The position numbers were made by a program, and so were the translations under genes. Under the pieces are notes generated by a model. It was not told where the DNA came from. It ran no database searches and saw nothing but the letters and a program-made list of their open reading frames with translations. 64,000 bases of DNA, taken from positions 45,281 through 109,280 of the forward strand of contig JAQXQO010000134.1 of assembly GCA_029101205.1 (NCBI GenBank), given 5' to 3'. The DNA is from Coriobacteriales bacterium (GTDB taxonomy: Bacteria; Actinomycetota; Coriobacteriia; Coriobacteriales; Atopobiaceae). This document shows positions 37,258 through 48,840 of the stretch, piece after piece (the first letter of the stretch is position 1; the number at the start of each line of letters is the position of its first letter).

Positions 37258-38874
37258 CTACTGGTTGCCCAGCAGCTGGTCGAAGCGCTCGCGCACCTGG
37301 GTCACGGTCAGGCCGATGATGACCTGCATGGCCTTGCCGTTCTTCGAGATGCCCATGGTGCCGATGGCCTTGAAGTCCTTGTCGTCGGCCACCTTGCTGG
37401 GATCCTTCACGTTCACTCGCAGGCGGGTGACGCAGTTGGTGACGTCGGTGATGTTGTCCTTGCCACCCAGCATGTCCAGGATGTTCGCGGCCAGGACCAT
37501 CTTCGGGTCGCTCTCGTCAATCTGGGGAGCGTCGTCGGGGTCGGCCGAGCCAACGGACTGCGCCATGCCGTGGGCAGCGCGGAACTCCTTCTTCGACCCG
37601 AACTTGATCTCCTCGGTATCCTCCTCGCGACCGGGGGTCTTGAAGTCGAACTTCAGGATCAGGAAGCGGAAGACAAAGAAGTAGATGGCGGTGAAGGCCA
37701 GGCCGATGGGGATGATGCGCAGGTACTCCATGCCGTGCGTGGCAGCCAGCGGGATGAAGTTCAGCGAGGACATCTCGATGAGGCCGCCGGAGAACACGCC
37801 CACGACGCCTGCCAGGTTCATGCAGGTGGACAGCAGCGAGGCCAGTGCGGCGTGCACGATGAACAGAGGAGGAGCGATGAAGAGGAACGTGAACTCGATG
37901 GGCTCGGTGACGCCGCACAGGATCGAGGTGATGGTGATGGGGAGCAGCAGCGCCAGGAGCTTCTTGCGGCGCTCGGGCTTTGCGGTCACGTAGAACGCGG
38001 CGGCGATGCCGGGGATGCCGAACAGCTTGGACCAGCCGGTGGCGGTGATGGCAGCCCAGGGCGCCATCTGCTTCAGAGGCTCGGTCGAGGCGGCCAGCTG
38101 GGGCAGCGCCTTTGCCCATGCGGCGTAGATGCCGCCGTTCACGGCCACGTTGTCATAGTAGAAGGGCGCGTACAGCAGGTGGTGCAGGCCAAACGGGATC
38201 AGCGCGCGCTCCAGGAACACGAAGATCGTGACGCCCAGCGTGCCCGCGCTCATGATGAGGCCCTGGAAGGCGTGCATGCCAATCTGGACCTTGGGCCACA
38301 CCAGCACCGACACCACAGCGCAGGGGATCATGACAAAGAACGCGACCATGTAGACGAAGGTCGAGCCGGAGAACACGCCCAGCCACTCGGGCAGCTCGGT
38401 GTCAAAGAACTTGTTGTGCAGGGCAATGACCACGCCCGAGATCAAAAGCGCACCCACCATGCCCATGTCCAGCGTCTTGATGCCGCCGATCATGGCCAGG
38501 CCCGAGGCGTTGTCGACCTCTGCAGTGAAGTCGACGCCCAGCTGCGGGCCCCAGGCCGTCAGGATGGCGTTCACGAAGTAGTTGAAGGTGAGGTAGGACA
38601 CCAGCACCTCCATGCAGCAGCGGCCGCTCTGCTTGCGCGCCAGGCCAATGGGCAGTGCCACGGCAAACAGCAGCGGCAGCTGGTTGAACACGGTCCAGCC
38701 ACCCGAAAGGATGACGTTCCACACGTTGTACCAAACGGTACCCTCGGCGGCGATGGGCCCCATGATCACCTCGGTGGTGAACAGGGTTCCAATGCCCACG
38801 ACCACGCCCGCGAACGCAAACAGCAGAACGGGCGTGAACATGGCACCACCAAACTTCTGGATCTTTTGCATCAT
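37258..38874 (-). CDS. PTS alpha-glucoside (maltose-type, GlvC/MalP-like) EIICB
   Basis: QKIQKFGGAMFTPVLLF, GLHHLLY, GVTEPIEFTFLF, KTPGRE linker, EIIB NCVTRLR. Confidence 0.93.
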   Translation of the reverse strand: MMQKIQKFGGAMFTPVLLFAFAGVVVGIGTLFTTEVIMGPIAAEGTVWYNVWNVILSGGWTVFNQLPLLFAVALPIGLARKQSGRCCMEVLVSYLTFNYFVNAILTAWGPQLGVDFTAEVDNASGLAMIGGIKTLDMGMVGALLISGVVIALHNKFFDTELPEWLGVFSGSTFVYMVAFFVMIPCAVVSVLVWPKVQIGMHAFQGLIMSAGTLGVTIFVFLERALIPFGLHHLLYAPFYYDNVAVNGGIYAAWAKALPQLAASTEPLKQMAPWAAITATGWSKLFGIPGIAAAFYVTAKPERRKKLLALLLPITITSILCGVTEPIEFTFLFIAPPLFIVHAALASLLSTCMNLAGVVGVFSGGLIEMSSLNFIPLAATHGMEYLRIIPIGLAFTAIYFFVFRFLILKFDFKTPGREEDTEEIKFGSKKEFRAAHGMAQSVGSADPDDAPQIDESDPKMVLAANILDMLGGKDNITDVTNCVTRLRVNVKDPSKVADDKDFKAIGTMGISKNGKAMQVIIGLTVTQVRERFDQLLGNQ

Positions 38875-38937
38875 GGCGGATTTTCCTTCCCCTAGCGTAC
38901 CTATGCCGATGCAGTGCCTGTGGTCATCCTCTGACCA

Positions 38938-39143
38938 ACTTGTGTAAACAAGTATAACACACCGTACTCAATCTTGTTTGAACAAGTCCAACTTTTTTTC
39001 TTCGAGTTGCCGCCCGCTGGATTTTCCAACTTGTGGGTACAAGCTGTGACAACACGGAATATTCTATAAATACGTCCAAGCTGAAGCTCCACATGTTCAG
39101 TCAACCGGACACTTAGATAGAATATGTGTTTGTATGAACACCC
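38938..39143. promoter_or_regulatory. TreR-type operators in the PTS/regulator divergent promoter
   Basis: ACTTGTGTAAACAAGT 38938, TCTTGTTTGAACAAGT 38972, ACTTGTGGGTACAAGC 39029, weaker GTTTGTATGAACACCC 39128. Confidence 0.8.
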
Positions 39144-39191
39144 TGCTGGACGTCCATCCAACGGCGACTGTACGACGATAAGAGGCACCAT

Positions 39192-39911
39192 ATGCCAAAG
39201 GCGATGTTCGAGGGCATTTACCTCGACCTGAAGGAGAAGATAAAGAACGGCACCTACAAGTACCAGACGTACCTGCCGTCCGAGAACGGGCTTGTAGGCA
39301 TCTACTCCTGCTCCAGAAACACCGTCCGTCGCGCCCTGCATATGCTGGCCGACGAGGGCTATGTGCAGCCGCTGCATGGCAAGGGCGTGCGCGTCATCTG
39401 GCGCGAGACCGCCCGCGACATCATAGGTTCCCTGGACGGCCTGCAGTCGTTCAGCGAGTACGCCGCCCGCAACCACATGACCCCCAGCACCACGGTGCGC
39501 GAGTTCGAGCACCTGACGTGCGGCAAGGGCATGGCCGAGTACACCGGCTTCGCCGAGGGCGAGGAGCTCATCCGCATCGTGCGCATACGTCGCCTGGACG
39601 ACTTCCCCTGCCAGATTGACCGCGACTACCTGCTGGCCAAGGCCGTGCCCGGCCTGACCCCCACCATCGCCGAGGACTCCATCTACCGCTATCTGGAGCA
39701 AAAGCTGGGCATGCGCATCCTCACCAGCAAGCGCCAGATGACGGTGGAGCTGGCCAACGACGACGACAACGCCTACCTGCGCTTGGGCCCGTACAACTGC
39801 GTGGCTGTGGTCGAGAGCCAGTCGTTCAACTCCGATGGCGTCATGTTCGAGTTCACGCAGGTGCGTAGCCACCCCGACACCTTCCGCTACTGCACGGTGT
39901 CCAGGCGCTAG
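39192..39911 (+). CDS. treR: TreR-like GntR/UTRA repressor
   Basis: IYLDLKEKI...LPSE...SRNTVRRAL...GKGVRV; SIYRYLE; FEFTQVR. Confidence 0.82.
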   Translation: MPKAMFEGIYLDLKEKIKNGTYKYQTYLPSENGLVGIYSCSRNTVRRALHMLADEGYVQPLHGKGVRVIWRETARDIIGSLDGLQSFSEYAARNHMTPSTTVREFEHLTCGKGMAEYTGFAEGEELIRIVRIRRLDDFPCQIDRDYLLAKAVPGLTPTIAEDSIYRYLEQKLGMRILTSKRQMTVELANDDDNAYLRLGPYNCVAVVESQSFNSDGVMFEFTQVRSHPDTFRYCTVSRR

Positions 39912-39987
39912 CCGCCCCTCTTGCGCGCTTCCCTCAAGCTCGCCTCCTTCGGGTCCACCATACAATTCAAGAAGAACGTGCGCATAG

Positions 39988-40028
39988 AAAACCCGCCCTC
40001 GCGCATCTGCGCGGGGGCGGGCTCTTTT
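39988..40028. terminator. Bidirectional terminator
   Basis: AAAACCCGCCCTCGCGC...GCGCGGGGGCGGG-CTCTTTT. Confidence 0.8.
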
Positions 40029-40060
40029 GGCTGCAAGAATCTGCGTCAGGAAGCGCTTGC

Positions 40061-42328
40061 CTACTTCGTAGCGGTCAGGTGCCAGATGTCCTCGTTGTAC
40101 TGGCGGATGGTGCGGTCGGAGCTGAACTGGCCGGCCTGCGCCACGTTCACCAGTGCCTTGCGGACCCAGGACGCGCGGTCCTCGTAGTCGGCGTAGACGC
40201 GCTCCTTCACCTGGATGTACTCCTCCACGTCCAGAAGCGCCATGAACCAGTCCTTCCAGGCCATGTCGTCATGCAGGCGGCGCAGGCGATCGGGGCAGCC
40301 GGTGGCCATGAACTGCGGGTTCGTGATGAAGTCCACCAGCAGCTTGATGCCCGGGCGCAGGTAGTAGCTATGGGCGTCATAGGCGCTCTGCGCGTACAGG
40401 CGCTCGACCTCCTTGCTGGAGGTGCCGAAGGTGTAGATGTTGTCCTTGCCCACGAGGTCTGCGATCTCGACGTTGGCGCCGTCCAGGGTGCACAGCGTCA
40501 CGGCGCCGTTCAGCATGAACTTCATATTTGAGGTGCCCGAGGCCTCCTTCGAGGCCAGCGAGATCTGCTCGGAGATGTCAGCTGCGGGAATCAGGTGCTC
40601 GGCGGCGGTCACGTTGTAGTTCTCCACCATGATGACCTGCAGGTACGGGGCCACGGCGGGGTCGTTGGCAATCCAGGCGCCCAGCGTGATGATCAGGTGG
40701 ATGATGTCCTGGGCGATGGTGTAGGCAGGGGCCGCCTTGCCGCCAAACACGATGGTGATGGGGCGTGCGGGCTTGTTGCCGTTCTTGATGTCCAGGTACT
40801 TCCAGATGATGTAGAGGGCCAGCATCTGCTGACGCTTGTACTCGTGGATGCGTTTCACCTGCACGTCGATGATGGCATTCTCGGGGACGACAACGCCCTG
40901 GTTGCGATACAGGAAGTCGCGCATGCGCTTCTTTGCCGCGCCCTTGGCCTCCACCAGGCCGTCCAGGACCGCCTGGTCGTCGGTGTACTTCATGAGCGGC
41001 GTCAGGTCGCCGGTCTTGTGCCAGTCGGTGCCGATGGTGTTGTCCAGCAGCGTGGTCAGCTCGGGGTTGCAGCCCATGATCCAGCGACGGAACGTGATGC
41101 CGTTGGTCTTGTTCGAGAACTTCTGCGGGTACAGGTCGTAGAACGGCTTGAGCTCGGTCTCCTCCAGAATCTTCGTGTGCAGGGCGGCGACGCCGTTCAC
41201 GCTGAAGCCGTAGTGGATGGCCAGGTGAGCCATGTGCACGACGCCGTCCTTGATGATGGCCACGCGCGGATCGTCGTTCTCCTGCTTCTGCAGGGCGTCC
41301 AGCTTCTGGATGATCTGGGCGATCTTCGGGGCAACCTTCTGCAGGAACTCCAGGGGCCACTTCTCGAGTGCCTCGGCCAGGATGGTGTGGTTGGTGTAGG
41401 CCACCATCTTCCTCACGATGCTGACGGCCTCGCTGAACTCGAAGCCGTGCTGTTCGGTCAGCAGGCGAATCAGCTCGGGAATCACCATGGTGGGGTGCGT
41501 GTCATTGATTTGCACCACGGCGTAGTCGGCCAGGTCGTGCAGGTTGCTGCCGCGCTCCACGGCCTCCTTCAGGATGAGCTGAGCGGCGTTGCTGACCATG
41601 AAGTACTGCTGGTACACGCGCAGCAGGCGGCCGTTCTCGTCGGAGTCGTCGGGGTACAGGAACAGCGTCAGGTTCTTGGCGACCTTCGTCTTGTCGAAGT
41701 CGATGGAGTCTGCGGGCACCAGCGTGTCATCCACGCTCTCCAGGTCAAACAGACGCAGGCGGTTCTTGGTCTGGCGGCCGTAGCCCAGGACGTCGATGGA
41801 GTACAGGTGGGACTTCACGCTGAAGTCGCCGAACTCCACGGTGAAGCTCTGGCCCTCGTCCACCAGAACGTCCTGCTCGCGCAGCCACTCGTCAGGCAGA
41901 GCCGTCTGCTGCTTGTACACGAACTTCTGGTGGAACAGACCGTAGTGGTAGTTCAGGCCCACGCCGTCACCGGGAAGGCCCAGCGTGGCGATGGAGTCCA
42001 GGAAACACGCGGCCAGGCGACCCAGGCCACCGTTGCCCAGGGAGGGCTCGACCTCGAACTCCTCGACCTTGTTCAGGTCGTGGCCGGCGTCGGCCAGCTG
42101 CTTCTTTACCTCGTCGTAGACACCCAGGTTGATGAGGTTGTTGCTCAGCAGCTTGCCGATGAGGAACTCAGCCGAGATGTAGTACAGGCGCTTCTTGCCG
42201 TCGTTTGCGGGCAGCTCGGCAGCCTTCTCCTTTACCAGGTCCTGCAGCATCTTGCAGACCTGCTGGTCGGACAGCTCGGAGAGCTTCGAGCCGTACACGT
42301 CCTGTGCGCGTTCGTCCAGATTGATCAT
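40061..42328 (-). CDS. glgP: Maltodextrin/glycogen phosphorylase
   Basis: LGNGGLGRLAACF, INDTHP, KRIHEYKRQ, EASGTSNMK (PLP lysine). Confidence 0.96.
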   Translation of the reverse strand: MINLDERAQDVYGSKLSELSDQQVCKMLQDLVKEKAAELPANDGKKRLYYISAEFLIGKLLSNNLINLGVYDEVKKQLADAGHDLNKVEEFEVEPSLGNGGLGRLAACFLDSIATLGLPGDGVGLNYHYGLFHQKFVYKQQTALPDEWLREQDVLVDEGQSFTVEFGDFSVKSHLYSIDVLGYGRQTKNRLRLFDLESVDDTLVPADSIDFDKTKVAKNLTLFLYPDDSDENGRLLRVYQQYFMVSNAAQLILKEAVERGSNLHDLADYAVVQINDTHPTMVIPELIRLLTEQHGFEFSEAVSIVRKMVAYTNHTILAEALEKWPLEFLQKVAPKIAQIIQKLDALQKQENDDPRVAIIKDGVVHMAHLAIHYGFSVNGVAALHTKILEETELKPFYDLYPQKFSNKTNGITFRRWIMGCNPELTTLLDNTIGTDWHKTGDLTPLMKYTDDQAVLDGLVEAKGAAKKRMRDFLYRNQGVVVPENAIIDVQVKRIHEYKRQQMLALYIIWKYLDIKNGNKPARPITIVFGGKAAPAYTIAQDIIHLIITLGAWIANDPAVAPYLQVIMVENYNVTAAEHLIPAADISEQISLASKEASGTSNMKFMLNGAVTLCTLDGANVEIADLVGKDNIYTFGTSSKEVERLYAQSAYDAHSYYLRPGIKLLVDFITNPQFMATGCPDRLRRLHDDMAWKDWFMALLDVEEYIQVKERVYADYEDRASWVRKALVNVAQAGQFSSDRTIRQYNEDIWHLTATK

Positions 42329-42499
42329 CTTTGTCTCCTTGTACTTCTGCTGGGGTCGGAATGGTGCAGTTTTTTGCAAAGCAGTCCCTCGGCCATGGCC
42401 CGAGGCCCTCTGCCTCCGGTCATCGTCCTATGAGTGCTCCCCGCGCCGGAGGCGTTGGCGCCTACCGGCGCGGGGTTCGTTTGCCAAGAAGTTCGTCCG

Positions 42500-44005
42500 T
42501 TATTGCGGCAGCTCTGGACCTGCCACGCCGGGCATCCTGAAGTAGGTCTTCGTCAGGTCCAGGAGGTTCTCCTCCAAGGCGCGAGTGATGACGCCGTCGC
42601 GCATGCGCCACTGCCAGTTGCCACCCAGGACAGCCGGGGTGTTCATGCGCGCCTCGTCGCCCAGGTCCAGAAGGTCCTGCATGGTGTAGATGCAGGTGTC
42701 GCTGACGCTGGCCGCGATGCCGCGGTTAAACGCAGCCGAGACAGGCTCGCCCGGCTGGCGACGCAGGTAGCGGTCCACCTGCTCGCGCTGACGCGGGGTC
42801 GCCGTGTTCTCGTACCAGCCGCGGGCGGTCTGGTTGTCGTGCGTGCCCACGTAGGCCACCGTGTTGGGCAGGTAGCGGTGAGGCAGGTAGTAGGAGTCGT
42901 TGTAGCCGTCAAAGGCGAACTGCAGGATCTTCATACCGGGGAAGCCCGTCTCCTCGCGCATCTGGATGACCTCGGGCGTCAGGAATCCCAGGTCCTCGGC
43001 GATGATGGGCAGCTTGCCCAGGCGATGCTTGAGCTCCTTGAACAGCGCGATGCCGGGGCCCTTGGACCACTTGCCATACGCCGCCGACGGAGAGCCGAAC
43101 GGAACGTCCCAGTATGATTCGAAGCCTCGGAAGTGGTCGATGCGCACCACGTCGTACAGGTTCATGTTCATGCGCATGCGCGAGACCCACCAGGCGTAAC
43201 GGTTCTGCGCCATGGCCTCCCAGTTATATATAGGGTTGCCCCAGTACTGGCCGGTCGAAGAGAACTGGTCGGGAGGGGTGCCCGCCACGCTGGTGGGATT
43301 GCCCTCGTCGTCCACCAGGAACAGCTCGGGCGAAGCCCACATCTCGACGGAGTCGCGCGCCACATAAATGGGGATGTCACCGATGATGAGCACGCCCTTG
43401 CGGTTGGCGTACTCCTTCAGCCTCTGCCACTGGCGATAGAAGAAGTACTGCGTCATCTGGTGGTACAGGTAGTGCTCCTGGCGATGGGCGCACAGCTTAC
43501 GCGACGCCTCGCCTCGACGACGGTACTCCTTCGGCCATTCGTAGTAGGGCTTGAGGTCGAACTCCTCCTTCACAGTCATGAACTCGCAGTACGGCTCGAG
43601 CCAGCCCGCGTTCTCGGACACGAATTCGCCCAGGTCACGCGGGGGATTTGCGACAAAGCGGCTGACGGCGCGCTCCAGGACCCTGCGGCGCGTGATGAAC
43701 AGCGTGGCGTAGTCCACCTTCGTGGGGTCATCGCCAAACGGAATGCCCTCGAAGTCGTCGTCGGTCAGGTAGCCCATCTTCTTCACGTCGTCCAGGTCGA
43801 TGAAGTAGGGGTTTCCGGCATAGGCCGAGAACGACTGGTACGGAGAGTCTCCGTAGCTGGTGGTGGTCAGGGGCAGAATCTGCCAGTAGCGCTGCGCGCA
43901 GCGCGCCAGGAAGTCAACGAAGTCGTAGGCCTTGCGCCCGAACGAACCGATGCCGTAGTTTCCGGGCAGGGCCGAAATGGGCATCAGCACTCCACTTGCA
44001 CGCAC
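42500..44005 (-). CDS. malQ: 4-alpha-glucanotransferase (amylomaltase, GH77)
   Basis: RASGVLMPISALPG, RIDHFRGF, IAEDLG, GTHDN; GTG start behind AAGGAG. Confidence 0.96.
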   Translation of the reverse strand: MRASGVLMPISALPGNYGIGSFGRKAYDFVDFLARCAQRYWQILPLTTTSYGDSPYQSFSAYAGNPYFIDLDDVKKMGYLTDDDFEGIPFGDDPTKVDYATLFITRRRVLERAVSRFVANPPRDLGEFVSENAGWLEPYCEFMTVKEEFDLKPYYEWPKEYRRRGEASRKLCAHRQEHYLYHQMTQYFFYRQWQRLKEYANRKGVLIIGDIPIYVARDSVEMWASPELFLVDDEGNPTSVAGTPPDQFSSTGQYWGNPIYNWEAMAQNRYAWWVSRMRMNMNLYDVVRIDHFRGFESYWDVPFGSPSAAYGKWSKGPGIALFKELKHRLGKLPIIAEDLGFLTPEVIQMREETGFPGMKILQFAFDGYNDSYYLPHRYLPNTVAYVGTHDNQTARGWYENTATPRQREQVDRYLRRQPGEPVSAAFNRGIAASVSDTCIYTMQDLLDLGDEARMNTPAVLGGNWQWRMRDGVITRALEENLLDLTKTYFRMPGVAGPELPQ

Positions 44006-44183
44006 AACGATCACTCCTTCTGTGTTGCGAACGATACGTTCCTCACGGCCATTACAGGGATTGGCAGCGCACTGAGGCGCCCTTCCGCCAAGCATAAGTC
44101 CTTGCAGAAGTATCGTCGTTGCCCATTCGGGCAGGGGAAGAGCACCCCCGACGACCCATCTGTAGTATATCGCAAGAAGAGCC

Positions 44184-44201
44184 AACTTGTATGAACAAGT
44201 T
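44184..44201. promoter_or_regulatory. TreR-type operator upstream of malQ
   Basis: AACTTGTATGAACAAGTT. Confidence 0.8.
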
Positions 44202-44247
44202 TAGTCAATCCTGAGATTTCTTTCCCAAAGCTTCAAGGGCTCTCGGG

Positions 44248-44280
44248 AAAAAGGCCCCGCAGGCTAAGGTCTGCGGGGCC
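44248..44280 (-). terminator. Terminator of the sugar ABC operon
   Basis: GGCCCCGCAG/CTGCGGGGCC stem with U-tract on the minus strand. Confidence 0.8.
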
Positions 44281-44326
44281 CAGGTACGAGGGGGGTCAAG
44301 TTTGAAGCTCGGCTTCACGCGAGGGC

Positions 44327-45523
<1,197 letters not shown>

Positions 45524-45604
45524 GGTTGTAATTCCCTCCTCGTAGTGCGCCGGGCCGGAGAGCCCCGGCGCATCAAGCTATTTCCAGTGGGCAGGACGTT
45601 GTCC

Positions 45605-46444
45605 TTAGCCCTTCACGGCACCGGCAACGACGCCGTTGATGATGTACTTCTGGCAGATCAGGTACATGACCACGACCGGGATGATGACCATCATGATGCA
45701 TGCCATCATGGGGCCGAGCTCGACGTGTCCGAAGCCGCCGCGGAAGTACTGAATCAAAATAGGAATCGTCTTGTACTTCGTGGAGTCCAGGACCAGGTAC
45801 GGCAGAAGGTAGTCGTTCCAGACCCACATGGTCTCCAGGATGCCAACGCTGATGTAGGTGGGCTTCATGATGGGCAGCACCACGTGAAAGAAGGTCTGCA
45901 CGGGGTTGCAGCCGTCAATCATGGCCGCCTCCTCGATCTCCAGCGGGATGGTCTTGACGAAGCCGGAGAACATGAAGACTGCAATGCCTGCGCCAAATCC
46001 CAGATAGATGAAGCAGATGTTGAACGGGGTGTTCAGGCCCATCTTGTCAGCCAGGCTGGACAGCGTGAACATCAGCATCTGGAACGGCACGACCATGGAG
46101 AAGACGAACAGGTAGTACAGGGCATTGCTGAAGCGGTCACGCACACGCACGATGTACCAGGCGCACATGGAGCAGCAGATCAGAATCAGCGCCACAGACG
46201 TCACGGTGATGATGAGCGAGTACATGAAGGCGGAGGCGAATCCCTGGCGCGTCAAGGCGTTCCAGTAGTTCGCGAGGCCGTTGAAGTTGTCGGCGTTAAG
46301 CAGCTCGAAAACGCTGGTGGTGTTGATTGCCTGCTCCTGCTTGAAGGAGTTCACGGCAATCATGAACATCGGGTAGATCCACGCCAAGCTCAGAATGGTA
46401 AAGACGATGCTGAGGACGCGGTTGATGGTCCTTTCGCGCTTCAT
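45605..46444 (-). CDS. Carbohydrate ABC permease (MalG-like)
   Basis: EIEEAAMIDG EAA motif, WNDYLLP. Confidence 0.93.
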   Translation of the reverse strand: MKRERTINRVLSIVFTILSLAWIYPMFMIAVNSFKQEQAINTTSVFELLNADNFNGLANYWNALTRQGFASAFMYSLIITVTSVALILICCSMCAWYIVRVRDRFSNALYYLFVFSMVVPFQMLMFTLSSLADKMGLNTPFNICFIYLGFGAGIAVFMFSGFVKTIPLEIEEAAMIDGCNPVQTFFHVVLPIMKPTYISVGILETMWVWNDYLLPYLVLDSTKYKTIPILIQYFRGGFGHVELGPMMACIMMVIIPVVVMYLICQKYIINGVVAGAVKG

Positions 46445-47298
46445 TACTGCTGCACCTCCTTCGACTGGGTGAACTTAAGCTGTATCAGCGAGATGCAGAT
46501 GACCAGGATGCAGAAGATGACGGCCTTGGCTTGGCCAATGCCCATCCACTTGCCACCGACGCGAGAGTAGAAGGTGTTGTAGATGTTCAGTGCCAGCATC
46601 TCGGTCTCGTGGTTCGGGTCGCCGCCGGTAAGGGCGAGGTTCTGGTCGAAGAGCTTGAAGCCGTTGGTGATGGTCAGGAACAGGCAGATGGTGATGGTGG
46701 GCATGAGGTTGGGAATCTTTACCTTCCACAGCGTCTGCCATGCGTTTGCGCCGTCGACCTTGGCGGCCTCCAGGTAGTCGGAAGGAATGGACTGCAGACC
46801 GGCGATGTAGATGATCATCATGTAGCCGACCTGCTGCCACAGGGTCAGGATGATGAGGCCCCAGAAGCCCGCGGTGGTGTTCAGCGAGAGAAGCTGCTGG
46901 CCAGCCACGGAAAGCACGGCGTTGATCAGAATCTGCCAGATGTAGCCCAGAACGATGCCGCCGATCAGGTTCGGCATGAAGAACACGGTACGGAAGGTAT
47001 TCTCGCCCTTCAGATGGCTGCGCGTAAGCGCCAAGGCGATAGCCAGTGCAATCACGTTAACCAGAATGGTCACACAAACGGTGAACAGCACGGTGAACCA
47101 GAAGGAATGCGCGAACTGAGCGTCCTGCAGGGCCGCCACGTAGTTCGAGATACCGACGAACGTGGCCTTGTTAATCGTCTTGAACTTGCAGAACGAGAGG
47201 AACAAGCCCTCGATGAACGGGATGATAAATCCAAACACGAAGGAAAGCGCCGTTGGCAGCACGAAGAGAGGCCACCATTTCTTGAGCGCCTTTACCAT
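46444..47298 (-). CDS. Carbohydrate ABC permease (MalF-like)
   Basis: AGLQSIP...LEAAKVDGA, FKLFD. Confidence 0.93.
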   Translation of the reverse strand: MVKALKKWWPLFVLPTALSFVFGFIIPFIEGLFLSFCKFKTINKATFVGISNYVAALQDAQFAHSFWFTVLFTVCVTILVNVIALAIALALTRSHLKGENTFRTVFFMPNLIGGIVLGYIWQILINAVLSVAGQQLLSLNTTAGFWGLIILTLWQQVGYMMIIYIAGLQSIPSDYLEAAKVDGANAWQTLWKVKIPNLMPTITICLFLTITNGFKLFDQNLALTGGDPNHETEMLALNIYNTFYSRVGGKWMGIGQAKAVIFCILVICISLIQLKFTQSKEVQQ

Positions 47299-47318
47299 GA
47301 GGTACCCCCCTCACTAGA

Positions 47319-47349
47319 GGGGCGAAGCGCCGAATGAACGCTTCGCCCC
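47319..47349 (-). other. Intercistronic hairpin after the substrate-binding gene
   Basis: GGGGCGAAGCG...CGCTTCGCCCC; position typical of an mRNA-stabilising stem. Confidence 0.65.
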
Positions 47350-47371
47350 GTGGAACCAAACTCTGGAGTTA

Positions 47372-48694
47372 CTACTCAGCCGAGGAGGCCTTCTCAGTAG
47401 CCCAGTTGTCGACGAACGCCGTCTTGACGCCGTCCCACGAGCCGCCGGCTGCGTACTGGTTCAGTGCGCTGGCCAGGTCGTCGCGGTACTGCTGGTTAGG
47501 CTGCACGGAGAATGCCCAGCCCACAGGCGTCTTGCTGCTGTTGATGTCCTTGGCCTCTGCGTAGATGGGGTTCGCGGGCTCCTTTGCGCTCTTGAACGGG
47601 CAGTTGAAGCCCATGATGTCAGACAGAGCGGTCGTGCCCTCGTCGGAAGTGACGACCCACTTCAGGAACTCAAGCGTAGCCTTCTTGTCGTCGTCAGAGG
47701 CGTCGGCATTGACGGCCCAGTAGTTCTCGGTGCCCGCGCAGACGCCCTGGTTGGCCTCGTCGCCGGCGCCTATGTACAGGGGCAGCAGGCCGATGTTGTC
47801 GTCGCCCACGGACTTGATGTCCTTGTAGCCCCAAGAGCCGTTCTGATAGAAGACGGCCTCGCCGTTGACGAACTCGTTCACGGCGTCGTCAGCGGTCTTG
47901 GCGGACAGCTGAGACTTGTCGCAGGTGGAGTCGGTGATGTACAGGTCAAAGATGTCCTTGTAGTTCGGCAGATACGTACCCTTGATGGAGCTGGGGTTCG
48001 TCTCGTTGTCGTCCTGGAACTCGAACCACAGGGGCATGTTGGCCAGGTGGTTCGTGAAGCGCCAGCTGGAGCTGGAGTCAAGGCCGGAGGAGACGAAGGC
48101 GCCCTTGATGCCCAGGGAGTCCTTGCGGGCCTGGATGTCGTCGGCGACCTTCTTCAGCGAGGCGAAGTCGGTGATGTCGTCAGCGGAGTAGCCGGCCTTC
48201 TGCAGCAGGGACTTGTTGTAGACGATGCCGTAGTCCTCCTCGACGAAGCCGATGGCGTCGATCTTGTCGCCGTCCTTGAGGACCAGGTCGGTGTTGGTGA
48301 GCTCCTTGTACAGGTCGGAGTCGCTGAGATCCTCGCAGTAGTCCTTCCAGTTCTCCAGGCCCACGTAGCCGCTGATCTGGAACAGGGTGGGAGCGGAGTC
48401 CTTGGCCATCTCGCTCTTGAGCTTCTCCTCGTAGGTGCCGGAGGCAGCGGTGACGACCTTGACCTCGACGCCCTTCTCGTCGGTGTACTTCTTGGCGAGG
48501 TCCTGCCAGGCCTGGTCAACCTCGGGCTTGAAGTTCATGTAGTAGACAGAGCCCGTGGTGGTGGCGGAGTCGTCAGAGCTGCTGGAGTCGCTGGAGCTGC
48601 TGTCAGAGCTGGAGCCGCAGCCGGCGAGGCCCAGGCCGGCCAGCGCAACGGCGCTGCCCGCGAGGAAGTTACGACGAGTGATGTTGGTGTTCAT
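47372..48694 (-). CDS. Sugar ABC substrate-binding lipoprotein (Tat signal)
   Basis: TRRNFL...LAGC, Ser-rich linker, YYMNFKPE, FYQNGSW. Confidence 0.93.
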   Translation of the reverse strand: MNTNITRRNFLAGSAVALAGLGLAGCGSSSDSSSSDSSSSDDSATTTGSVYYMNFKPEVDQAWQDLAKKYTDEKGVEVKVVTAASGTYEEKLKSEMAKDSAPTLFQISGYVGLENWKDYCEDLSDSDLYKELTNTDLVLKDGDKIDAIGFVEEDYGIVYNKSLLQKAGYSADDITDFASLKKVADDIQARKDSLGIKGAFVSSGLDSSSSWRFTNHLANMPLWFEFQDDNETNPSSIKGTYLPNYKDIFDLYITDSTCDKSQLSAKTADDAVNEFVNGEAVFYQNGSWGYKDIKSVGDDNIGLLPLYIGAGDEANQGVCAGTENYWAVNADASDDDKKATLEFLKWVVTSDEGTTALSDIMGFNCPFKSAKEPANPIYAEAKDINSSKTPVGWAFSVQPNQQYRDDLASALNQYAAGGSWDGVKTAFVDNWATEKASSAE

Positions 48695-48840
48695 AAGTTC
48701 TCCCCCTCATGTGACCAGTCAAGCGGTCGTTTTGCCGCCCAACATGCCTATAGCTTTTAGTGAATGCCACGCAGGTATCACTAAGTGTTGCTCACGCAAC
48801 TCGACAGGAGCCTTCCGGATGGGGCGCGCATGGCTCGGCT

